Below, piece after piece: positions 1 to 11,568 of a DNA stretch of 64,000 nucleotides. Numbering within the stretch: the first letter of the stretch is position 1; every line of letters starts with the position of its first letter. Source of the stretch: Raillietiella orientalis (lineage: Eukaryota). The stretch is from NCBI GenBank assembly GCA_036172245.1, contig JAYWIR010000039.1, positions 806,001-870,000 of the forward strand. Direction: 5' to 3'. The position numbers and the translations under genes are program-made. A model generated the notes under the pieces. The model had not been told where the DNA came from, searched no databases, and saw only the letters and a program-made list of their open reading frames with translations.

Positions 1-469
1 GAGCACACACATGTACGAACTAACAGATGAAGCCTTTCTATCATCTCGGCTTTGCTGAGAGCGTGCTTGCGTGCAGACGCGAGATGCTGGTTCAGGTTCT
101 GGAAGAATTCCAGCAAACAACAAAACACTTGTATGACGGCGGCAGCAGCTCGCGAGATTTCTCTACCGCAGGGGATGATTGCAGGGGAAGATTCGTTGCG
201 CTCGTCTGAGTAACTCCGTCGCCTTAATAAGCCCTCAGACTGTTTGCGAACAACGGAAACGAATAAAATTCTCGATCGTCTGAGCCGATAATGAGCTGCG
301 CAGCACTTATTTGGATAAAACATTTGCTTTTGTTTTTGAATCTTTTCATTTTTTTTTTCCTTTTTTTTGCTGATCATTCCTTCCCCTCCCTTTTCCTCCT
401 CCTCCTCCTCTTCGCTCCTTTCCTCCTCTGAAAAAGTCATGAGCTGAAGCATTGAGCGAAAAACAGGTG

Positions 470-780
470 AAAAATATTCCCCGAATGTGCGACGTGCGTG
501 GCCATTCAGATTGAACTACGCAGGCACCACAGATGGAGGAGCCCGTGAAAGCGCAGTGATTCATTAGCGGATCCACCGTGGTGCAGCATCACGGGGGAAG
601 CGCGCACGAGCTCGGAGCTGTGCGCGCACTCTACCCTGACACTTCCAGGTAGGCGCCTGGACGGAGGACAGTAGCGAGAGCTCCGCACGGCGCTGGAAGA
701 ACCGATACATCCGAGGCTGGGAATCGCCCAGGAGGGAAGCTGCGCCGATGGGTCCAGCGGCGAGGGCAGACCCTGACGTG
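470..780 (-). mobile_element. Possible highly decayed LINE zinc-knuckle remnant
   Basis: Frameshifted MLHHGGSANESLRFHG / SSICGACVVQSE...HI resembles the NERL...CxxC...H motif of the other copies. Confidence 0.3.
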
Positions 781-1532
781 GAGGAGAGTCCCCTCCAGCG
801 TCTCTCAGCCAGCCGCCTTGAAGATCGACTGCCATGTTCGGGTCGACTGCCCTGCGCTCCTTCAGTACCAACGGACTTTTCCTTTTTCGGTTCGCTAAGC
901 ATCCAAGAGCCGTTTCCCTGATTGGAGGGAACTCACGACGCTCTTTAGCACCGTCCACTCCCCACCCGAGGATGCGTGGAACTCTTCCAGTTGGAAAGTT
1001 TCCGTCCGATGTTGCCGAGCTCTGCGACAAGATTTTGTGGTGGGTGGCTCTGCTGAGCTGCTTTTCAACTTGAAAGAACCTTCAAAGCTCTCTGCAGCGA
1101 GTGATCTCTATCAAAATATTTTGGCTGTCGTGCAGAATTCGGAAAAAAACAAAATCGCTACATAGAGCAAGAGAACGTGGCAACCCTGCTTCCATCCGAA
1201 CTGGGAATGTCCCTTTCACAAATGAGCTCATTTTCAGCTCTTCCTTTTGCAGGAGCTCCCCACAGTGATTCAGACTGGAACTCTGCTGGAAGAAAGCCTT
1301 CCGAAGAAGCGTGAGGCGTCACGCAGGGCGATACCGAAACCATCAGAAACACCATCAGGGGTCAGGCAGGGGTTGCTGAGATCGGCGTACAGGTTTCTCC
1401 CATCATTTTATCGCGCATAGATTGGCCGTATTGGAAGTCACTGCTTCGGGACGACCTCACTGCACCCTTCCGCACTCCTTGCTTCCATGGAAACACGGAC
1501 GTTCCAGCTCGAAATTCACAGCTGAGCATGGC

Positions 1533-2124
1533 GGGGCGTTTGTTAAAATTCAAAGCAAACTCATACATTGTGGTGGGACACGTGGCCCTGCCACACTCCG
1601 TTTGTCTGCAGGGCCGCCGGGCCGCAGACCGATGAGGTCCGCCTCGGAAGAGGAGGGGAGGGAGAAACAAAATAAAAATAAATGAAAACACTGTGGGGAG
1701 CCAGGAAGGGATCACAGTCCACTGGAGGGATTCCTCTGCATCCTTTCCAGGATGTCGGCTAGGTCGGTTCTAATTGCATCCAGGTGGGGCCGTCTTCCTG
1801 CCATCTGCAGGAAGCAAGGTGCGTACTCGATGGCGTCCCTTTCGCTCGCTCCTGCCTCAACGTCGCTCCAGGCCTCCACAGTCCCGCGGATGCAGCAAAG
1901 AGCCTCTGATGCTGCGGCTGGAGTGCGAAGAGGACTTTTACAAGGTCCCTGGGGTTGCCAAGCGTTGTCCGTATGGTCGTCCCAGCGTGCCTCCACAGGA
2001 GTCGGAGGGCCACAGTCCAGGAGAAGTTGCGGGAGGGACTCTCGTTCCCCGCCCCTGAGACAGTCCGGGCTCATCCTCCCCAGCATCCAGTGCTGTCGGC
2101 GAGAGTAGAAGCGAAGACACCAGC
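1533..2124 (-). mobile_element. 3' fragment of the same LINE group
   Basis: YSRRQHWMLGRMSPDCLRGGERESLPQLLLDCG...ALCCIRGTVEAWSDVEAGASERDA. Its 3' UTR GACAAACGGAGTGTGGCAGGGCCACGTGTCCCACCACAAT matches the 22.3-kb copy. Confidence 0.8.
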
Positions 2125-2154
2125 GCAACTCTCGGAGGGAGTTGCCGCGAAGAG

Positions 2155-2580
2155 ACCCTTCCCAGTTTCTCTGAAGGGCGCTCCCCGAAGGGGGCAGCGC
2201 GCTTCTTACACTCTGGAGAGGCAATCCTGGGGAATGGGGGGAAGGTAACAACTAGCTCCATGGTACGTGATGGAAGGTCACCCCCTGAGGGGAGGGACCG
2301 CTCCATTTTCACAAGAGGACGGGAGCCATGAAGGGACCTGGTACCCTGGAAGGTCCCCGGAGGGTGGAATTCCAATCACGGCCAGTCAGCGAGGGCTTCC
2401 GATTTTCGGCTTCCACCATTGCGGCACCCGAATAGGCCAACCAGCGTCATCTTTTGGTGGGAGGACTCGAAATCCACGGCCCACTCCTCCGTTCTCGGTG
2501 TGGATTTTTTAGGGGGGGATTGGAACCCGCAACGCTTGGTGCCATGAGCGGAAGGCGCTGCCACACCGCCGACAACACGA
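2155..2580 (-). mobile_element. SINE-like element copy D (5' ~430 nt), followed by a LINE 3' fragment
   Basis: B-box variant GGTTCCAATCC near 2517-2527. Plus-strand CTTCCCAGTTTCTCTGAAGGGCGCTCCCCGAAGGGGGCAGCGCGCTTCT matches copy C at ~36013-36062. Confidence 0.8.
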
Positions 2581-5500
2581 GCAGAGCGCCGCAGTCTTTC
2601 GGACGGGCAGCTCCGTGGCTGTAACAACCGAGGACTGCCGTGCCGGGCAGCCCTCGGCCCGTGACGCGAGGAGTCCGCTCAACCTTCGCCGTCTTTGAAC
2701 CGATCAGCTAGAGCGACGAGTTCCGAGAGTCCTTCCTCACTCGCTTCTGGAATACTCCAGAAAATGCGGCACAGAACTGGAACGCCTCCTTTACAGCTCC
2801 CCATAGTCCCCTTACCGCAAAGGGGTTCGCGTCTTCGGGCTTTCTCTCTCTCTGGGGACCGTCTTTCACGTGCGAGGTGCCGAGGAATCCTCTGAACGGG
2901 AGAGTGCAGAGACCGGCTTGTCACCCAAGGAGCCACACGCCCATCGCCGCCGTCCCCGCGCGCGCGAAGAGCGTTGCGACGACCCGAGAGCCGACAGGTG
3001 TCGCGAGAGCAGTCGGGACAGTTCTCGTCCTCCCTCCTCCCACGCGAAGCCGGTGGCAGCGCCGACGCTTTCGTCCTCCTTCCATCTGCGCTCAGAGCGG
3101 GCTGTCACGAATCCGCGTTCATCACCGTGATGGGGGTTCTCCACCCCCACCCCCACCTGTTCGTCTACCCATTTTTCTGGCACCCTTCCTTCCCTCACTT
3201 CCTCCTGGTCACACCTCTTTCGCGTCGTGCCAACGGATCCTTCCTTCCTTTCCTTCCTCAGGTTGCGCTTTATCCATTCCCTTCCAATGGATGACCCGGA
3301 GCAACAGACACCGATGATTTCTCCCTGTGAGCGGAAAGAGGATGAGAGCCGAGGACCCGTGGCAGGTCCTCCCGCTGTGAAGAGTAAGCTGCAAGGACCC
3401 GCTTGCTGCCGCTGAAAAGGTGGCCCCGTGCTGATCGAGGCCATCGGGAGTAGCGGAAGCGCTACAGCTCTGCATTTGACCCGCACGACACCCTCTGCAA
3501 ACCGAGGTACTTCGTGCGACCTCGGCTACACCAAGCCCGTTGGGTAGCCGCCGGATGAGTTTCCTCCTTTCACTCAGGAGACTTCTCGGGCTGCAGAGAG
3601 ATGAGCGGAGAGGATAGCCGCAGGGCACGACTCTTCCTGGTGGAGAGAAACCGCGCTGCTTTCGGACCAACTGCTGCCCGGGAAGGGCGGCATCACTCAA
3701 AGCATGGTCCGAAAAGAACGTGCAGGTTCCAGCCTTGCTGCTATCGGACCTCTCTCCACGTGGCTTTCCCTAGAGAGAGGAAATTTTGAGAGAAGCCGCA
3801 TCCTTTCTTGGACTCTGGACGCCGATCACACTCGGGAGCTTTGCTTCCTCCGACTGCACGCAGGAGCAGATATCCGATGGCTCGTTTGCATCCGCTTCGT
3901 TGCCAGAAAACATGCAGGACTGCTCGTATGACTGTCCTCTTGCTCCTCAGATTGCTCAACAGCCCCGTTGCGATGCAGCCCGTGGGCTGCTTTCCTGTTC
4001 CTCCTTCAGGGGCTTCGTCCTTACCACCACCCTTTCTGAGTTTCGACCACTCAGGGGTGGAAGAAATGGACATGACGACCTCAAGAGTGTCGGCATCCTC
4101 TCCGAGCGTGAGAGTTCCATGTTTCCCACGGCGATGGCCTCACGGAGACATCACTCCCTTTCCTGTTCTGTCCTGTGCTTGGGAAGCTGCGACATCCCTG
4201 TCTACTGGACAACCGGCTTAGGAGATGGAATCGTCGGTGCTTGAATTTCAGGTTCCCTCGACAATATGTCTCTATTGGATGTTTATTCACAGTGTGATTT
4301 TGCGATGCGACTTGGTGGGAGGTGCTCTGCAGTGTCCACAATGACCGATCCTTCCAGCATGCATGCTATGAGGGTTCTCGATGCTGGAAGACACCATCTC
4401 CTTCCTGAGGTGGTCATGCACTTGACACCATCTTCGGAGCATCTTCAGCTCTTTTAGCACCCCTGATCGTTCCTCGGGAAGATCGATCCTGATCGATCGA
4501 TCTCCCGAAGGGCTTCCGTTGAGAGATCCCAACCTATTTCTTCCGCTCTGTGAAGGGAAATGAAACCCTTTCTCCTGGCTCTTCCCGATTTCCCCTTTCG
4601 GTTGGCTGACCTCAGTGTCACAGCCAGCTTTCCGTGAAGACCTCTGCTGCTCTTCCGTTCTTGAGATCGCTGCACGGGAGCAGCGTTGCTCTTGCAGCAG
4701 CGGATTGTGCTTCCAGGGGTTTGTCGGCACAGCGTCTCGAGTTCAAAGCAGCCTGTTGGTCGAAGTCGGCGATGACCTCAGAGATCGTCCCGCCCCTCAG
4801 AGGAACCTTGTAGGTCAGAAGCAACACGGCCAAAGGGGGTGGCCTCTTCACTTCCCAGACTTCTTTTAGACGGATCCGCTGCGTTGCGCGGGATCCACGG
4901 CTCTTTCATGATAACCGGCGTCCTTCCTGGAAACCTCGGCTGGCCGGTGGCGTTGCCGTCATGACGGAAGATGGAGATCAGTCCCGCTTGCCCTTCTGAA
5001 GGAGGGGGTTGGGTTGAACTGCGACGCCCCATCGTGGGAATTCGGAAGGGCGGATTCCTTCCCGACTGCGGCAGCTGCAACCGTCGTTTTCGGACCGCAC
5101 AGAGGGCCGAGGAGTTTCAGATGGGCGCGCATGAGCTCGGATTCGGGTTGACCGGTTTGGAGAGTGCACAACCACGGCTCAGGGCTTTTTTTCTGGGCGC
5201 TTCCAACCCCGCCGCGCTTTTGTCTGCCCTCCTCCGACGGATGTCCACTACTACCTTCGTGACGATCAGCCACCCCGGTATACGGACCGTACGACCCTCC
5301 CGTGAAGCGCGTGCCGGACGACTTCTTCGGACTCGGCAATTCTTCACGCGGCGACCCCTAGCTGCCGCTCGTTTCTCCACTCGGGAGTTGTACCGAAAGG
5401 AAGATGGCCTTCGATGCCACCTAAGTCCGCAGACTAGACTGGTCTGGAGAAGACCTACGCGTTGAGGTCTGCGCACAGCCAGGTGCATCCCGTCGAGTTT

Positions 5501-6709
5501 TCTTCGAGGGGTGCCAAAGAGCGCGCTTTGCAAGTGCGGCTCATGCAACCTCTGTCCGCTTGATGACGATATCTGCAATGAATCCAGGAGTGGCCCAGGT
5601 CTTGCCTTCAGGCCTCTTCGGCTTGACCCCGAGGAGCAAGCGTGCCTGTCTCTTCTGCTGGATACTGTTCTGTGATGATCACGTAACGGATTCCACATCC
5701 GAGGTGCCCTATCCTCATTTTTCTTCTGCAGGCTCTCCTGGTGAACGACCCCGGTTCCTCTTGGATCTCCATGCCTGCCGATGAGGCACCGTGGTGTGCA
5801 TCTATGAGCATGCGATCCGCCCTAATGCCTTTTTCTGACTATGCAGGTGATCTTCGAGCCCGGCGAACGAACTGCTTTCCGCAGGAGCTCATGCTCTTTC
5901 GCTGTCCTTGGACTACCTTGTGCTCCGACCACTCGCAAGTTGCTGGAGTGTTCATAGCTATCTCATGAAACGCCGATTGGGGCATTTTCTCTCTCTCGCT
6001 CCTTTTTTTTTCCTCCCAAATATGGGAAGAGAATCCTCTCGGCACCGACAGCCAAGTGTAGAGAAAGATTGCGCGAAATTGCGGGCGATGGTTCAGGCTG
6101 CTTTTCGCGTTCTGCTTTACAAGGTGGAAGCAGCCACGCTTCTTGGTGTATCGGAACACAGGAGGCGGTGATCCCAGCACCCAGGAACGTGGCCAGCTGA
6201 TGCCTGAGTTTGCGTTCTAATCGTGGATGGAAGGGGAGCGAAAGACGTGTAGCTCAAAGAGTGATTGCGTCATGCCACTCGTTCCCAAGCTGCTATGGAA
6301 ACTCTCGTTTGCTTCGATTTGCTTGAAGGGGGACGCAAAATCCGATGGAGCCAAAAAATAGGATGAAATAAAAAAAAAATGAAGCATCATGAGATTGCAT
6401 TGGTATTCTGAGTTGTTTCTTTATCTTTTTCATCAGATTACAGCCTATGCGTTTGGAATTTTTTATCTGGCATTATTGCTTTTATCTCCTGTCAGAAATG
6501 ATGCTCTGGCTGCTCTTGCAGAGCGTTTTTTTTTTTTGTGTTGTTGCAAGAAACAGATAATTCTTTTTTTCCCCTCGTATTCCTAAGGCAAGGAGTCTCG
6601 GCTGAGAGGGGAGGGGAGGCAAAAAAAAAAAAGGAAAAAAAAAATCCTCGGCGTTTTTGTTTTCCCGCTTCGTTAGAGCGCCGTGAGCAGCGCTTGCGAT
6701 GCCCTGCTG

Positions 6710-6817
6710 CATTGTTGGCCTATGTTCCATTGTCAGACTATGCCCCATTGTTGACCTATGCTTCATTGTTGACTGATGCTACGTTGTTGGACTAGACTGC
6801 ATTGTTGACTGCACCCG
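6710..6817. repeat. 18-bp minisatellite, 6 degenerate units (CATTGTTGACCTATGCTT-like)
   Basis: Units start at 6710, 6728, 6746, 6764, 6782 and 6800 with an exact 18-bp period. Confidence 0.9.
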
Positions 6818-6937
6818 GCAAGGTTACGCCACCGGAGACGCTCGAAATAAAATACGAAAGCTTAAGGTGCTTTCCGCTGCCGTAGGAGGAGCAGCAGCAG
6901 CAGCAGATCTTTATATGGAAATTCCTAAAGAGAGAAG

Positions 6938-7015
6938 CACACACACACACACACACTATACACACACCACGCACACACGGAGAGACACACACGTCCACGT
7001 TCGCGCGCACACACA
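6938..7015. repeat. Interrupted (CA)n microsatellite
   Basis: Directly visible. Confidence 0.9.
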
Positions 7016-9437
7016 TCCTCTAACGGAAGCGATCCCGGGAGCCGCCGCAGAGGCTGGGTGAGAGCACCTATCGAGAGTGGGTGAGCACGAGAAGCTTTTT
7101 GCTCCGGTGAGGAGGAAAGTTGTAAGGATTTAACTGAGCCAAACACATTTTGAGGAGCATCAGCTGGCGTGTTAATGTTTATTTGCTTTACCGAACACAG
7201 GTGTTCATTGTTCACGCATTATACAACTGCTTAGTTCGTATGAAGTAAAAATTCGCTGCTTCGGATAGTTCCCGCTTGTCTTAATCGTAGCGTGTGCACA
7301 CAAAAAAAGAATTCTTGCAGGATTCTCCCGTCGCATCGAACGGTAAGGATTTGGTTTCGTGTATGTGTGTTTTCATGATCATTATTATCATTATTTTTCA
7401 TTTTATGTTATTTTTTTTTTATTTTTATTTCGTTTATTATCATTATCGTTTTTTTTCTCTCTCCCCCCCCCCCTTTTTTTTCTGAGTAGGGTGGGTGCAG
7501 TGAGGGGCGCTTTGCGGACGTTATGCTCTCTTAGCCGAACTCGCGCGTTTTTTTTCGTTCTTTCCCCTTTTCGCTCCTGCCGTGGCTCCGCCCGACCGAA
7601 TTTCGTCGCAGGGTAGGCAGGCACGTGGACCGCGGTGCGTTCCCGGTCATTTGGCATCCGCCTCCCTTTCGAGTGTGCAAGGAAAAAGCACTGCAGACAT
7701 CGCACTTTCCTCCACGGTGAGGAGGACTGGCGACGCGGGTGACGAACGGAGGATGGGAGAAGGGGAATTCCAAAAATTGTCGCCAGTGGGATTCGTCACG
7801 CGCTTCGCGGGAAAGCGACGCACGTGGACGACCTCCCACCTCCCTCCTTTCCTTCCGAGAGGGTGCTTTGAGGGAGAGAAGGGAGACGTGGAGCAAGAGG
7901 TCGGCAGATCTTTGATCTGATCTTCCGCGGGCGCCCTGGACGGGCTTCCTTCATAGGGTCCTCGAGTGGATCCTCGGACCACGGATACAAGCAGCTGCGC
8001 TTGTCGGTCGGCCTCTTGGGATGGCAGGAAGAGCACGTGGTTTTTAGCAGCAGGAGGGAGGCGCGGGGAGGGGGAGTGAAGCGAAGCGAACGCGCCGCAC
8101 GAGCTCTCGCCAACGCCTTCGCGCACGGCGCTCGAGAGGAGCGACGTGCGCAAAGGCTGCAGTCGGAGCTTTGAAGCGAAGCAAGCAGGCGCTGGCGCTG
8201 TTCTTCGGCAGTTTCCCGGCCTGCCTCCGGTGCGAGCGCGCGGTGTGGCTTCTGGGAAGACTAGTCCTGAAAAGATTGTCGCTGCAGTGGAGGCTGCCCA
8301 TTGTCCCTTTCCTCCTCCGACGGATGCTGAGCACTGCCGCCGCTTTTGGGGCGTCTGGGACGTCCGACTTTCCCCTGGCACGCGCGCCGGCACAGGGAAC
8401 CGCGGGACAGAGGGCGGCCTGCTGACTCCATTTTCAGCAGCGAGGTCACTTGGCTGCTGCCCAAGCGGTTCACAAAAAAGATTTGACGTCTGCTCTGACG
8501 TCTTCATCTCCTCCTCCTCCTCCTCCTCTTCTCCTCCCCCCTTCGGAACTGCTGCTCCCACGCCCTGCAAACTGCTGCTGCTTTGAAGGCGGAGGCACGC
8601 GATCTCTGCCGCGCCTTGAGGCGCCGCCAGTCGTGCTCCGTTCGCAGCGTTCCCTCTGGGAAGCTGAGCCGAGGGTTCGCAACCTGGGAGTTCCCGATCA
8701 CGTGTAGGCCAAAGAGAAAGCTGGGGATGCTTGTTGCTCAGGGCTACAGCGTCAGGAGAGGACGGCCGCTACGAAGACCCGCTCTGACCCTACCTGGCCA
8801 CCAGAGCGAGGCGGGAGGGTAAAGAGTTCTCGACCAATGGAAGGCCCCTATGGTACCCTGGGGTACTCTGCGGGCGGTTTTCACGAACTGGGAGGCGGGA
8901 GTCTCGCCGCATCCAATTCTCCCACAGCCTTCGAGTCTCCCAGGATCCTCCATATGTCCTTTTCCCCTTCCCGCTTTGCCCTCCCGGAGAACTCATCCGA
9001 GGAGAATGAGGAGGTCGGCGCCCGGGTTCTGAGGTAACCGTGACGACGGGGGGCAACAGGGTCCGGAGACGTCGTGGGCGTTGTGGGACCAAGAGGGAAA
9101 AGTCTCCTCCGGAGTCCACTCAATCCACTCCGGGATAGCTGAGGTTCGACCGCTACTCGCTAGGGGGTCGGGCGGCGCCACTTTCATTGCCTCTTCGGGC
9201 ATGGGAGGGGAGACTCTACCGGCAGCCGGTGGCAGAGTCTCTCAGCAAAAGACCACTGGGGCGCAACGGCTTGGAGCTGAGGAGAGGGAAGGAAGGTCGC
9301 GCACGTCTTCTTTCTTCCCCCACCCCTGGAACGAAAGGGAGGACCAACGAGTGACCTCGTCCGGCTTTTGGGAGGGCAGGAAGGAGGGGAGAGGGTGAGG
9401 AGGAGAGGAGCACCTGTGCTCCTCCTCCTCCCCGCAG

Positions 9438-10805
9438 CCCATAGGAGGGAACTGCAGCAGCATTCCTCAGAGCTTTCTTCCCTTGCAGAACCCTTGCTGA
9501 TGGATGCCAGCGAGGAACACCAGCACCACCACCATCCTCATCAGCACCACCTTCACCATCACCACCACCACTACCACCAGCAACAACAGACGAGCTCCTT
9601 TCTGAAGCACAAGAGCAAAATCTGGAGGAAGTTCGAGCTCCAGGACGCACGGGAGTCCTTCCCGGATGTCCAGGATGGCAGAAACCCTATCGTGTGCCTC
9701 TCCCGGCTAAAGGAGAACAGCACCAGGCGGTACTGTTGCAGGGAAAAGGACCACGAAGGCCTCCCTCCACAGCCCGAGGTCTCCGAGGCAGCAGCCGCAG
9801 ACGGAGACAAGGTGGAACGCCCGTCCGCCGCTGCTGGAGAACACCAGGAGGAGGAGGAGGAAGAAGAAGAAGAAGAGGAGGACGATGCGGAGGAGGGAGA
9901 GGAAGAGGAGGAAGAGGAGGAAGAAGAGGACGATGGACGGACAGTCAGCGCAGACCGAGGCGGCTGGACCCACAGCGGCTGCCCGGAGGCGGCGGCGGCC
10001 GACAGGAAGCAATCCGAGGGCTGCCTAGGCAGGAAGAGGACCTGGACAGAGCAGCGGCAGGAGGAGGAAGAGGAAGAGGAGGAAGAGGAGGTGACACCGG
10101 CGGAACGCGTCGGCGGGTGCTCCGAGTCCATGTCTCCTGACCTTGGACAGGCAAGGATCAGGATGAAAATCACCCAGAGGTCACGCCGGATGCGGCTCTC
10201 TGGTAGGAAGGACGAGTGGCGGCTGCCTCCTCGCCCCTCCTCGGAAGCGGCGGCCTCGTCCCCTTCCCGGGCAGAGGCCGCTGAAACCCACAGCTGCTGC
10301 TCGGATCAGGACGCCTTCCGGATGACTGCAGGTCCCCCTTTCTACCTGAGTAGCTCCGAGCTCCGCAGCTCCAGGAAGACTAACTACCCCGAGGCTCCCC
10401 TCGATTTCTCCAGAGCGTCGGCCGAGGCGGCATCAGCCGCGTCAGCAGCCGCCGCCGCTGAGGCAGCGATGAAGCCGGACTCCACCGCCTGCGGCACCAC
10501 CACCGAAACAACCTTCCCCGAGTCCAAGTTCCGGGCAGGGAGTCGGGCCAAGAACTACGCGGAGGACTTCGAAGTAAAGCTGGACGACTACGACTACCTC
10601 TTGGGTTCTCCCGGGCCGAGGTCCATGCGCATCTTCAAGGAGAAGAAGAAAAAGCTGCGCAAGAAGTGGACGAGGAAAAAGAAGGCCTCATCAGGGGGCA
10701 CCTCCAGGCATCCTCATTCCAAGAGGGAGCTGAGGTCCGAGGATCCTGTGGTGAGCGCCGCCGCCACCGAGATGTCCACCCAGGCCGTAGTCTCTCCTCC
10801 CAGAG
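9438..10805 (+). CDS. Large low-complexity exon (poly-His/Gln, poly-Glu, poly-Ala, Lys-rich) of a putative MYND-finger nuclear protein
   Basis: Lies in the 501-aa ORF 9368..10873 with GC3-rich codons. Candidate phase-1 acceptors are CCCCGCAG|9438 and CCCTTGCAG|9489, and the first ATG (MDASEEH) is at 9500. It ends at a canonical donor AGAG|GTGAGT (10806, phase 1). The true 5' start is uncertain. Confidence 0.8.
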
Positions 10806-11361
10806 GTGAGTCCGGATCGCTTCTTTCTCTGAGAAAATGGGACGGAGGGAGGCTATTCAGGCTCAAGGGTTGACCGCGTCCTGGGAGGGGGAGTGGTCAC
10901 GAAGGGAAATGAAAGGAAGAGGGAGTCGTGCGAGGCTTTCTTTTCTTCTTCCGCCGGACTTTCTGCACCTCAGGAAGACTCTCAAGAGAGAGCCATCAAC
11001 CTCTTCCGCCGCCTTCTGGGAACAACAGGAAGCGCCGGCTCGCAAAGCTTCGCGTCCTCCTTCCCATGCCCTCCAGGCAGGGCGTCGACCCCCTTCCCGG
11101 AGGAGACCCTCTTCCTCCCTTCTGCACCGAATGATTGACTCAGAAACCCACGACACCCAGTCCAAATGTGGTGTCGCAACATTCTCCCCTTCCTAGAGAC
11201 CATGCAGCTAGCTCTACCAGGAGATCCCGGCATCATCACGTCTCCGGGATGAAGTCACCCAGGGATGGAGTCACTGGCGACTTCCTCCCGCCGTTGCCTC
11301 ATTCACCTTTTGAAAGTGTCCTGGAGGATCCGCGCCAAAGGATCGAAATCATTTCCGATTT

Positions 11362-11568
11362 CTCCCTCTTCTTCCCTTCCTTTTCCTCCTCCCTTGCTCC
11401 TTCCCTTTCCCTCCCTCCCTCCTTCCTTTTCCCTCCCTCCCTCCTTCCTTTTCCCTCCCTGCTCCTCCTCCCTATCCCCCACCCTCCACCCATTCTCCAC
11501 CACCCCTCCTACTCCTCCTCCTTTTCCCTCCCCCTCGTTCTCCTCTTTCCTTCCGACTCCTCTTCCTC
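11362..11568. repeat. ~200-nt polypyrimidine/polypurine (CCT/CCCT) tract in an intron of the MYND gene
   Basis: Almost purine-free on the + strand. Confidence 0.9.

Noticed and set aside
4990..5680. Further LINE remnant (LRRP...KGGFLPD, FSTRELYRK, CNLC), with similar hints at 7.9-8.4 kb (AVWLLG) and 63.7 kb (LLMDC)
   Set aside because: Motifs are too short and degenerate to call without an HMM search.
8589..8703. Upstream coding exon of the MYND gene
   Set aside because: Phase-compatible, but the splice signals are weak and there is no independent support.
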